A DNA stretch of 63,872 nt, filler included, from Piedraia hortae CBS 480.64 (lineage: Eukaryota), in the NCBI GenBank assembly GCA_010093745.1. It is 4 parts of 4 records of this genome, joined end to end, with 100 filler letters (N's around TTAATTAATTAA, not from the genome) between each part and the next. Parts side by side here need not be neighbours in the genome. Positions count along the whole stretch, not along the records: positions 47,710 to 55,524 come from MU006069.1; positions 55,625 to 63,872 come from MU006074.1; 2 more parts are not named here. One strand, given 5' to 3'. Positions 55,159 to 63,872 of this stretch are shown here, piece by piece (the first letter of the stretch is position 1; each line of letters opens with the position of its first letter). A program made the translations under genes and the position numbers. Under the pieces are notes generated by a model. It was not told where the DNA came from and searched no databases. It was given only the letters and a program-made list of their open reading frames with translations.

Positions 55159-55524
55159 GTCCTTTAGGCCTTCAATGTAGAAGGACAGCCTTCAAGAACT
55201 GCCCCAGGGACACAGCCAAACCCGCAAGATATGATGTATCATAAATTCCCGGGGTTATATGATATTGATCGAATTTTATATAATATTGCGCTTGGGCAAC
55301 CTAATATTATAGTGATACTCCTTGAGGTATCATGTGCATATTTCCTGGTATCTCGCTGCAACGTTCAATCATATACTACGATGACGTTCCCAGGAATGTG
55401 ATGAGAATGCTTGCAGAAGTATCATGATAATGTAGATATGTAGCTCTCGTGGGTGAGAGTGCACAGCGACCCGAAGAGGACGGAGCGATAGACGGAATCA
55501 GGGACAGGAAAGATGTAGATGTAT

Positions 55525-55624
55525 NNNNNNNNNNNNNNNNNNNNNNNNNNNNNNNNNNNNNNNNNNNNTTAATTAATTAANNNNNNNNNNNNNNNNNNNN
55601 NNNNNNNNNNNNNNNNNNNNNNNN
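55525..55624. other. Artificial contig spacer
   Basis: Ns around TTAATTAATTAA. Confidence 0.98.
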
Positions 55625-57410
55625 CATCCGGGTTCAGCAGGCCGGACGATCGCAGGCCGCCATCGTTCCACATCTCCTCGACATAGCCGCCGAAGTCGTC
55701 GGCGAACCATTCAGCCAGCGGCATCTGGAAACCCTGTTTGCGGCGGTCGAGGATATTGGCGGGCAGCCACGGGGCCACAGCCTCGCGCACCGGCCATTTC
55801 CCCAAGCCGCCGCGCAGCTTGATCTGCCCCGGCATCGCCAGCGCGAGCGACACCATCCTGTGCGACAGCATCGGCACTCGGACTTCGAGGGAATGTGCCA
55901 TGCTCGCCCGGTCCACCTTGGTCAGCATCGCACCGGGCAGGTTGAGCTGCAGATCGCACATCGCGAACTGATCGAGCGGATCGGTGGAGATTGCGTCGGG
56001 ATCGGGACAGAAGGATCGCGCCATGTCCGACAACGCGGCTGGACCGTCGCGTCCGTCGAGCGCGGTTCCGGCGAAGAGCCGCCGTCGCAGTTCGGGCGTG
56101 GTTATCTGCGTCTTGGAAAAGAAGCGTGCGACGCCATCGGCCAGCCCCAGCCCCGCCGCGGTCTTCTGCCAGCGCTGGAGCCGGCGGTTCGCACCCGCCC
56201 ACGGCAAGGGCGGGATTCGCGCTGCATGGCGGGCCGCGCCGCGCACCACGGCCGGCAGCCGCCCGAGCCGGCGTTCGGTCAGATGCCGTTTGTAGCCGAA
56301 GAACAACTCGTCGCCGCCGTCCCCCGACAGGGCGACCTTGACGTCCTGTGCCGCCAGGCGGGAAAGATACCAGGTCGGCACGGCGGAAGGGTCGGCAAAG
56401 GGTTCGTCATAGACGCGCTGGATCGCGGGCAGGACCGTTCGTGCATCGTCGGCGTTCAGTCGCATCGTGCGATGCCGACAGCCCAGATGATGCGCCACCG
56501 CCTCGGCATAGCGCGATTCATCGTACCGCGGATCATCGAAGCCGATGGTGAAGGTGCGGACAGGCCGATCGGACACGCGCGCCATCGACGCGACGACCGC
56601 CGATGAATCCACGCCACCGGACAGGAACGCACCGACTTCGACGTCGGCACTCAGCATCTGGTCCCGTATTGTCGCCAGCCACGTATCGCGAAAGGCGTCG
56701 ATCCATCCGGCATCGGTCCGCGATTCGTCGTGCGTATAGCGTGCGGTCCAGTATCGATGATGTTCCGCTGATCCTTGCGCGCCAAGTTCCAGCGTCGCTC
56801 CCGGTTCGAGCATCCGGACCTGACGATAGATCGTCGATGGCCCACGCATGTGGCCGAAGGTGAAATATCCGTGGACGGCATCGGAATCGATGTCGAACGT
56901 CATCCCCGGCAGCGCCAGTATTGCCTTCAGTTCCGACCCGAACGCCAGCGTATGTCCGTTGATCGCGTAATATAGCGGTTTGATCCCGATGGCGTCGCGC
57001 GCCAGCGTCAGACGCCGCGACGACCGGTCCCAGATCGCGACGGCGAACATGCCATCCAGACGTGCCCACGCATCGCGCCCCCATTGCCGCCATGCGGCCA
57101 GCACGACTTCGGTGTCGCCATCGGTGGCGAAACGGTGGCCGAGCGCGGCGAGTTCGTCGCGCAGGCGGCGGTAGTTATAGATTTCGCCGTTGAAGACGAT
57201 CGCATGGCGACGATCGGCGCTGTGGATCGGTTGATCGCTGCCGGCAAGATCGACGATGCTCAGCCGCCGCATCCCGAACCCGAAATCTCCGTCAACCAGC
57301 ACCCCGTCGCTGTCCGGGCCGCGGTGCAGGATCGCATCGCATTGCCGACGTATCGTCGCGGCGACGACTGGACCACGCCCGCGCGCATAATATCCCGCGA
57401 TCCCGCAAAT
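55625..57410 (-). CDS. asnB: Asparagine synthase (glutamine-hydrolysing)-type amidotransferase, 3' end truncated by the contig end
   Basis: CGIAG, HRGPD, RRLSIVD, FNGEIYNY, DTEV, RDAIGIKPLYY, LSGGVDSS, SGDGGDELF, KVDRASMAHSLEVRVP. Confidence 0.93.
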
Positions 57411-57510
57411 GGGGCTTCTCCTCGATCGAACGCGCGGTCTGTAGGCCCGCGCATCGGCGCTGTCACCCATGCGACTTGCTCCGCCCCATCGCGACTTCTA
57501 GGCGATTGCC

Positions 57511-58830
57511 ATGAAGGAAACGGAAAGCGCGCAGGCGGGGTCGGGAAGCAGCCTCATCCACGCCGCGTTACGCAATCTCGGCTGGCTGCTCGCCAGCCGG
57601 GGCGTGCTGGCACTGTTGTCGCTCGTCTATCTCGGCCTTGCGACCCGGACGCTCGGCGTCAGGGACTTTGGCCGTTTCGCGCTGGTAACGGGTGCCGCGC
57701 AGGCTCTGGTTCTGTTCGTCGGGTTTCAGACGTGGCAGGTCGTCGTGCGGTATGGCGTCGAACATTTGCGGCGTGGCGACCGTGCAGCGCTCGGCAGGTT
57801 GTACCGTGCCTGTATCCTGCTCGACGCGACAAGCGCCGTGGTCGGGATCGCGCTCACCGTCGCGATCCTGGTGTTCTTTGGCGATGCGATGGGCATCGAG
57901 GGCAGCATGATGGGCGACACCGTGATCTTCGCGGTGGCGCAGATCATCACCGTCCGTTCCGCCGCCGTCGGCATCCTGCGCCTGTCCAGCCGCTTCCGCG
58001 AAAGCGCGACGGCGGACAGCGTGACGCCGGTCGTCCGGCTGACCGGTGCGGTGATCGCTACGATATTCTATCCGACGTTGCAGGCGTTCCTGGTGACATG
58101 GGCGGTGGCCGAAGTCGCCACCGCCGCCGCCTATTGGTGGCTGTTGGCGAAGAACGGCGATCTGAAGATCATCCGCGAGGGACCGGTCGCGCTAGACGCG
58201 CTTCTGCGCGAAAATCCGCAATTGTTCGGTTTCCTGGTCAACACCAATATCAGCTCGACACTGGGACTGGCGAGCAAGCATGTGCCGCTGCTGTTCGTCG
58301 GCGGCTTTGTGGGACCGGCCGCCGCCGGGGGATTTCGGCTCGCCATCCAGTTGGCACAGGCGCTGGTGAAATTCTCGCAACTATTGTCGCGGGCGGCGTT
58401 TCCCGAACTGGTGCGCGCGATGCGACAGGCACGCTCGGCGACGATGGCCCGATCGTTGCAACGCGGCTTTGTCGCATCGGGAGCGGCGGGCCTCGCCATC
58501 CTTGGCCTGATCGCGCTGACGGGACGTCCGCTGCTGACGGCGGTGGGCGGCGATCCCCGCTATGCAGCGGCCTATCCGTTGCTGGTGTGGATGGTGGCGG
58601 CGGGCGCGATCGATCTGGCGGTCGTCACGTTCGAACCGGTGCTGATGGCGGCGCACCGTTCGACTGCGGCGATGGTGTCGCGCATCGTCGGCGCGGCGGT
58701 GCAGATGGCAACGATGATCGTCCTGCTTCCCGTGATGGCGGCGGAAGGGGCAAGCATCGGCGTATTCGCCGGTTCGCTGGTCAGCGCGGTGCTGCTGAGC
58801 CTGTCGGTCGCGCGGCTGCTGCGCCGCTGA
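57511..58830 (+). CDS. Wzx/MOP-superfamily flippase-like membrane protein
   Basis: Multi-TM protein with RNLGWL...TRTLGVRDFG N-terminus typical of polysaccharide exporters. Confidence 0.8.
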   Translation: MKETESAQAGSGSSLIHAALRNLGWLLASRGVLALLSLVYLGLATRTLGVRDFGRFALVTGAAQALVLFVGFQTWQVVVRYGVEHLRRGDRAALGRLYRACILLDATSAVVGIALTVAILVFFGDAMGIEGSMMGDTVIFAVAQIITVRSAAVGILRLSSRFRESATADSVTPVVRLTGAVIATIFYPTLQAFLVTWAVAEVATAAAYWWLLAKNGDLKIIREGPVALDALLRENPQLFGFLVNTNISSTLGLASKHVPLLFVGGFVGPAAAGGFRLAIQLAQALVKFSQLLSRAAFPELVRAMRQARSATMARSLQRGFVASGAAGLAILGLIALTGRPLLTAVGGDPRYAAAYPLLVWMVAAGAIDLAVVTFEPVLMAAHRSTAAMVSRIVGAAVQMATMIVLLPVMAAEGASIGVFAGSLVSAVLLSLSVARLLRR

Positions 58831-59566
58831 TCCGTGCACGCACGAAGGCGAGGTCGTCCGGGCGATCGACGTCGACCGCCGCCAGTCCGTCGATCGCCGG
58901 CACCACCACCGCCCGTATCCCGGCGCGTCGGCCCAGCGCGTCCACGGCTGCCGCCAGCGTCAGCCGTCCCGTCAGATAGCGTATCAGCAATCCCGGCCCC
59001 AGCCGCAGCACGATCCGCCATGGCCGCTTGCGATCACGCTCCACCCTTTGCCAAAGGTCGATCATGCCCGCCGCCCTGGGGGTGGCGAGATAGAACAGGT
59101 TGCAGCCCGACCAGTCGCCGTCGGCGAAGCGGAGATAGGTGCGGCGCGACCCGGGTGCAGCTTCCTCGATAAGGTCGCGGCGGGCCAGCAGCACGGCGAC
59201 ATCCGCGTCGGGCGGCGTCGCGGCGAGAAAAGCCGTTATCCATTCCCCGCGCAACAGCGCGTGATCGGCGGTCGTCACCAGCAACGGCGCGCCCAGTTCG
59301 GCGAAGGCGACGGCGGTGCTGCCGCTCGGTCCCGCTTCGGCAGGCAACGGTCGGGCACCTGCCCGTCGCGCTTCGGCGACGACGGCTGCGGCGTTCGCCG
59401 ATACCGCGATACGGGTTCCGCCCGCGGCCCCGATCGCCGATACGACCCGCGCCAGCATCGTCGTTCCACCGACGTCGACCAGCGCCTTGTCCGACAGCCC
59501 TTCGCTCACGGCCACCGGGTCCGCTTCCCCCCGCGATCCCGCGAGCACAAGCGCCGACCAGCTCAT
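58781..59566 (-). CDS. MobA-like NTP transferase (CpgD-like)
   Basis: ALVLAGSRG, KALVDVGG..ML.RV, TTADHALL, DVDRPDDL; ATGA overlap. Confidence 0.8.
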   Translation of the reverse strand: MSWSALVLAGSRGEADPVAVSEGLSDKALVDVGGTTMLARVVSAIGAAGGTRIAVSANAAAVVAEARRAGARPLPAEAGPSGSTAVAFAELGAPLLVTTADHALLRGEWITAFLAATPPDADVAVLLARRDLIEEAAPGSRRTYLRFADGDWSGCNLFYLATPRAAGMIDLWQRVERDRKRPWRIVLRLGPGLLIRYLTGRLTLAAAVDALGRRAGIRAVVVPAIDGLAAVDVDRPDDLAFVRARISGAAAARPTGSAAPR

Positions 59567-60468
59567 CGTCCCGCCCCGGAGCGCCATACGCGCCACAGGA
59601 CACCCGGCGCGGACAGGATGGGGTGGCGTTCGCGCCACGGGGTCAGCGCCACGCGGACGCCGGTATGTCGTTCGATCTTCCACAAGGCATAGCGCGCCGC
59701 GCCGTCGAACGTGAACGCGGCCTTGATAAGCCGGGCAGCGTTCAGCCAGCGTCCGAAGCCCGCCCGGGCGCACCACGCCCCGGCAATGATCTCGATCTGG
59801 CCCTGCCGCAGCCGGGGAGAGATGTAGCCGTCACGTTCCTCGAACGCGATACCCGCCTTTTGCCATGCCAACGGCAACAGGCGTTCGTAGCGTGCCGGTT
59901 GATGGGCGACGATCTGTTCGTGCCGACCGGGCGCCTCGACGCGCAATTCGGTATCGTAGGTCGCCTTGAACAGCGACCGCCAATAGTCGAGCGGCCGGGC
60001 CGTCACCGGGCCGTGCAATGCGGCGAAGGTCGCGGCGGTGACGGCGGCGAGCGCGATCGCATCGACGACCCGGTCGCGCACCGACGCATCGCGTGCCGAC
60101 AGCAGGGCGGAGGGTTGCACGAACCGGGTCCAGATCGTCGTGTCGAGCAGGACGCCCGATGCCGACTTGCGAAAGACGTCCAGCGGCATGGTCGCCACCT
60201 TGGCCCGGACGATCTGCCGCGCAACGTCGATCTCGTGATAGCTGATATCCGGCCACAACATCGACCAGCCGGGACGGGAAGACGATGGCGATGCGCGCAG
60301 GACATAGAAATCCTGTACGCCGTCGAGGTCGCCGGTGCGCAGCGTCGAGCCGTAGAAAAGTACCGCGTCCCCTTGCAACCGTTCCATCAGCACCCGTGCC
60401 ACCGTCGTGATGACAGCGGATTGCGGCTCGGACAGTTCGGTCGCGATCAGGGCACGCAGCGACGTCAC
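59563..60468 (-). CDS. Pol-beta/Tam41-like nucleotidyltransferase-fold protein (CpgC-like)
   Basis: LFYGS.LR...DFYV motif; GTG start overlapping the kinase stop (GTGA). Confidence 0.6.
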   Translation of the reverse strand: MTSLRALIATELSEPQSAVITTVARVLMERLQGDAVLFYGSTLRTGDLDGVQDFYVLRASPSSSRPGWSMLWPDISYHEIDVARQIVRAKVATMPLDVFRKSASGVLLDTTIWTRFVQPSALLSARDASVRDRVVDAIALAAVTAATFAALHGPVTARPLDYWRSLFKATYDTELRVEAPGRHEQIVAHQPARYERLLPLAWQKAGIAFEERDGYISPRLRQGQIEIIAGAWCARAGFGRWLNAARLIKAAFTFDGAARYALWKIERHTGVRVALTPWRERHPILSAPGVLWRVWRSGAGR

Positions 60469-61640
60469 GGAACGACGAAACGAAGCGGAGTTCCGGCCCG
60501 GACCGACATGGTGCCACCCGGGAACAATTCCCCGTCGAGAATGAACCCGTTTTCCAACGTGACCTGCGATGGTTTGAGGTCGTTCAGGCGGTGATATCCC
60601 ATGCGGTTGAGCCACCCGGACTCCCGGCCCATCAGGATGGCGGGGGCGACGACCGGCATCAAGCGGGGCGGCGCGTCGATCGCCAGCCCGTTCAACCCCA
60701 CGCCGTCCCGCCCCAAAGGTCGCAGGCCGAGCGGAAACCGCCGAAGCGTGGACAGCAGCATGAGGTAGAACCGCCGTTCGCACATCTCCCCGGTCACTTC
60801 GTTCCGGCATGCCATCATCTCGCCCGCGCGCCACGGATTGCTCCGTTTGCCCAGACACGTCTGCAACACCCCGCCTAGCACCGACAGCCCGACGGCTGTG
60901 CCGTTGAACACCCCCATCCGGTGGGCCCCCTGCGCCAGCATCGTCGCACGAACGAAAGCACCGGCACCAAGGATGAAGCCGCTGAGCGGAACCTCGGTAC
61001 CGTCATAGGTGATTTCTATCGGCGCGCGTTCGGCGATAGTGCTTTTGTGGAATGCCGCGACGATCGCGTCGAGATTCCATCCCGCCGGGATACGCAGGTC
61101 GTTGGCCAGCGCGTTGGTCTTGCCATTCGGCATCACGCCGATCGGTGGCATCCGTTCGCGGAACATCGGCCGGGCGGCGCTCATCACATCGCGCACCGTG
61201 CCGTCGCCACCGTCGATGACCAGCAGGTCGACCTGCGCCTGGGCGAAGCTTTCCAGCGCGTCGACCATCCGTTCGCGCGTGTCGGGAGCAGCGTACAGGA
61301 TGTTCCGATTGTGCCCGCGGTCGTGCCCGTGTCGGGCGGTGCTGCGATGACTGCGCTGGTTGGCGATGACGGCAATGCGGGGACGCGCCGCGTCGAGCGG
61401 CACGGCTTGCGGGCGGAGACGCACAGGCATCTGGATCATCCGTCCGGTCAGGCCGGACAGCAGCGGCAGCAGATCGTCATTGGCCAGCGTCCGCGCGAAG
61501 CGATTCTCGGACGGAATGTCGACCATGGGTCGCAAAACTGTAGCATCGCGCATGTACGTTACTTTCAGCAGGGTCTCGACCCGATTGCCGTAAAGTACAC
61601 GGCAGGGTTTCCTTTTGCGATACTTCCGGCGGACCTGCAA
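60465..61640 (-). CDS. Diacylglycerol/sphingosine kinase family lipid kinase (CpgB ceramide kinase-like); start uncertain
   Basis: VIAN..S, IDGGDGTV, PNGKTNALA, LDGE. Confidence 0.85.
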   Translation of the reverse strand: MQVRRKYRKRKPCRVLYGNRVETLLKVTYMRDATVLRPMVDIPSENRFARTLANDDLLPLLSGLTGRMIQMPVRLRPQAVPLDAARPRIAVIANQRSHRSTARHGHDRGHNRNILYAAPDTRERMVDALESFAQAQVDLLVIDGGDGTVRDVMSAARPMFRERMPPIGVMPNGKTNALANDLRIPAGWNLDAIVAAFHKSTIAERAPIEITYDGTEVPLSGFILGAGAFVRATMLAQGAHRMGVFNGTAVGLSVLGGVLQTCLGKRSNPWRAGEMMACRNEVTGEMCERRFYLMLLSTLRRFPLGLRPLGRDGVGLNGLAIDAPPRLMPVVAPAILMGRESGWLNRMGYHRLNDLKPSQVTLENGFILDGELFPGGTMSVRAGTPLRFVVP

Positions 61641-61686
61641 GCATTACGAACGGCTGAAATTATATCCCGACCGGCTGGCAGCACGG

Positions 61687-62166
61687 TCAGTTCGGATAGC
61701 GCGTCCGTATGAAGATGCTTCGGCCGTCGGCCGGTGCCGCGAAGCGGGCCGCACTAAATGCCGGCAGCCCCATCGTCGCAGGCGCATCGTTGGAGAAGCC
61801 GAACCCTTCTTTCGGCCGGAACAGCGTCCGGTTGAAATCGCGGTCGCCATTCTCGTCATGATAGGTCGCGACCGCATAATGGCCGGGTGCGACCCAGAAA
61901 CAGCCTGTGGTCCGTGACAGGCGCGCCGCCGTCCGCACACGCAGCAGTTTTCCGCCCTTGGCGAGGAAACGCTTCCGATCGTCGGGATACAGAGTGAAGA
62001 CGACTTCGCCCTTTGTGCTTCGTATCGCCGTCGCCACCAGCGTAAGCCTGATCTTTCCCGCACCAGAGGTGCCCGCACAATCCTCCGCCTGCGCAATACC
62101 GGGCATCCCCACCATCGTGACGAGCGCGGCAAGTGATACGAGTGCGGATTTGACTGGCATATTCAT
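61687..62166 (-). CDS. DUF2141 family exported protein
   Basis: Signal peptide; PGHYAVATYHDENG...PKEGFGFSND. Confidence 0.85.
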   Translation of the reverse strand: MNMPVKSALVSLAALVTMVGMPGIAQAEDCAGTSGAGKIRLTLVATAIRSTKGEVVFTLYPDDRKRFLAKGGKLLRVRTAARLSRTTGCFWVAPGHYAVATYHDENGDRDFNRTLFRPKEGFGFSNDAPATMGLPAFSAARFAAPADGRSIFIRTRYPN

Positions 62167-62200
62167 TACATGGGATCGACACGCCGTCGCGCAAGCCGCG

Positions 62201-63322
62201 TCATGCGAGCCAACTGACCATCGCATCGCCGCGTCGCGCCCGTGCCATCGCCTGCATCAGTCGGACCAGATGGACCAACAGCGAGGTCATCGTCCACCAT
62301 GCGACCGCGACGATTCCCCAATCGGGCCGCGCGACCAGTATCGCCGCGAACAGGATGACCATGTTGGGATTGCGCCGTGCGGTGACGAGCCGGAAACGGC
62401 TGTCGAACGGTCGCCACATATGGATGTGCATGCCGAAGCGGACGATGAACGCCCCTTCGATTAGGCGTTGCGCGACATAGCCGAACAGCATCGCCGCCAT
62501 CACGCCCCAGAACACGTCATCCGTCAGCGGCCGCCCATAGGCCGCGCATCCAACGCCCCATGCGTACCACCAGATCGGCGGATGGACGAGATCAACGCCG
62601 TGATCCCACGCATTGCCCAGTTTCGAGGACGTGATCGTGCAGCGTGCCAGCTTGCCGTCGACCGTGTCCAGCACCATGAAGATCAGTCCGGTCGCCATGC
62701 CGGTCCAGAACCAGCCATGCCAGAACGCGATCGTCGCCACGATGCACAGCACCGATCCGATCGCCGTGACTCCGTTGGGGGACAGGCCGATGCGCGCCGC
62801 GATGCAGGTCAGGACGAACGCCCATTCGGGCCACAGATATTTGGTCAGCACATCGGTGACGCCCTTGTAAGCACCGACATAGCTCGCCCGTTCGATCGCG
62901 GGGACGTTGGCTGGCACCAGCCGTTCGGCAAACGGGCGTTCGCGCTTGCGCAACGCCTCGTCGAAGATGCCGCCCTCGTCCTCCGCGGGCAGGATCGTCA
63001 GATGGGGCGGCAGCGTCGTGCCCTGTGTCATGGCATCGCGCACAGCCATACGGTCCGCATCGGCGACATGCGCGAGAACGGCCACGCCGTCGCGCGTCAG
63101 TACGCAGTCGCGGCGACCGCGCAGATGGCGCATCCATGCCGGATCGAACGCATATTCGAGGTTGGCGAGCAGGACCGTGTCGCCTGCGGTTCCGCTGTCC
63201 GGCAGGCCGAGCGCGCTGGCGATGCGGCGCAGCCGTTCCCGCGCGTCCATCCCCCACAACAAGGTCGGGTTGTCCCCGACCGGTTCGACACGGGGGAAAG
63301 GAAGGTCGGTGGTATCCGGCAT
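62201..63322 (-). CDS. CDP-alcohol phosphatidyltransferase (CpgA-like)
   Basis: SPNGVT and the signature DTVDGKLAR...G...D...D. Confidence 0.9.
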   Translation of the reverse strand: MPDTTDLPFPRVEPVGDNPTLLWGMDARERLRRIASALGLPDSGTAGDTVLLANLEYAFDPAWMRHLRGRRDCVLTRDGVAVLAHVADADRMAVRDAMTQGTTLPPHLTILPAEDEGGIFDEALRKRERPFAERLVPANVPAIERASYVGAYKGVTDVLTKYLWPEWAFVLTCIAARIGLSPNGVTAIGSVLCIVATIAFWHGWFWTGMATGLIFMVLDTVDGKLARCTITSSKLGNAWDHGVDLVHPPIWWYAWGVGCAAYGRPLTDDVFWGVMAAMLFGYVAQRLIEGAFIVRFGMHIHMWRPFDSRFRLVTARRNPNMVILFAAILVARPDWGIVAVAWWTMTSLLVHLVRLMQAMARARRGDAMVSWLA

Positions 63323-63326
63323 GATT

Positions 63327-63872
63327 CTACCTGTTTGGCCGCCCGCGTTCCGGCACGGCGTCGTTCAGTATCGCGAGGATTACCTCTGCCGCCCGCGCCG
63401 CGCCCGCCCCGCTCGCATCCCCCGCCGCCGCCTGCGCGATCGCCTGCTGGACGGGGGCGAAGCGGGGATGGGCCGCCCGCGCGCCGTCGATCGCGGCGGG
63501 CAGGTCGTCGAGCGTGCGTACCACTTCCCCCGCATGCCACATCGCAAACGCGGGATCCGCGCGCCAGTCGCGCTCCGCCGGGTCAAGTAACACCGCCGGG
63601 CGTGGACGGACGAGATATTCGATCAACTGGCTCGACGTGTCGCCCAGATACAGGTCGGCCATCGCGGTATAGCTGCCGTCGACCCCGGCGAAGCTGTCGA
63701 GATCGCAGTGAACATGCGTCAATCCGGCGACCTTCGCCAGCACCTCGCGAAGGTCGGGTGCCTGTTCGATCAGCCTCTGATGCGGCGCCAGGATCACGTT
63801 CCAGTCGGTTCGGGCGACGAGCATCGCCACGATCTCTCGCCCCCAGGCGGGCCATGACGAGCGGTGCGCCTG
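63327..63872 (-). CDS. Partial GT-B-like / glycerophosphotransferase-like protein (5' end outside the window)
   Basis: SSW, ILAPH, ADLYLGDTSS..EYL..PRP motif. Confidence 0.55.
   Translation of the reverse strand, partial: QAHRSSWPAWGREIVAMLVARTDWNVILAPHQRLIEQAPDLREVLAKVAGLTHVHCDLDSFAGVDGSYTAMADLYLGDTSSQLIEYLVRPRPAVLLDPAERDWRADPAFAMWHAGEVVRTLDDLPAAIDGARAAHPRFAPVQQAIAQAAAGDASGAGAARAAEVILAILNDAVPERGRPNR

Overview
This window is not one continuous replicon. It is four pieces joined by identical 100-bp spacers (N44-TTAATTAATTAA-N44). (1) 1-25141 is a compact, intron-containing ascomycete scaffold. It has a gene block (Voa1/BIG1-like, Avt3/4-type transporter, MFS sugar transporter, cation/Ca2+ exchanger, condensin Brn1, Pex1, glycine-zipper protein) flanked by decayed copia, hAT and Tc1 elements and by dispersed repeats with RIP-like changes. 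(2) 25242-47609 is a high-GC alphaproteobacterial (sphingomonad-like) accessory region resembling a plasmid/ICE leading region, with about 30 mostly co-oriented minus-strand genes. Most of its transcription units are headed by a recurring GAAGGGRAGGGGG motif. It holds the best candidate for an undescribed system: a tightly linked six-gene operon (GHKL ATPase, PP-loop/PAPS-reductase-like, DUF3768, hypothetical, TGT/DpdA-like, Mom-like), read as a multi-chemistry DNA-modification/anti-restriction module. Next to it is a HerA-like ATPase coupled to a seven-repeat Myb/HTH-like protein that has one in-frame TGA. (3) 47710-55524 is a second fungal scaffold (CDC6 with an MCB cluster, a SAM methyltransferase-like gene, gene relics). 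(4) 55625-63872 is a second bacterial contig with a Caulobacter cpg-like anionic sphingolipid head-group cluster, a flippase and an asnB-type amidotransferase that appears to start at ATT. Family assignments come from motif recognition by eye; no database search was run.
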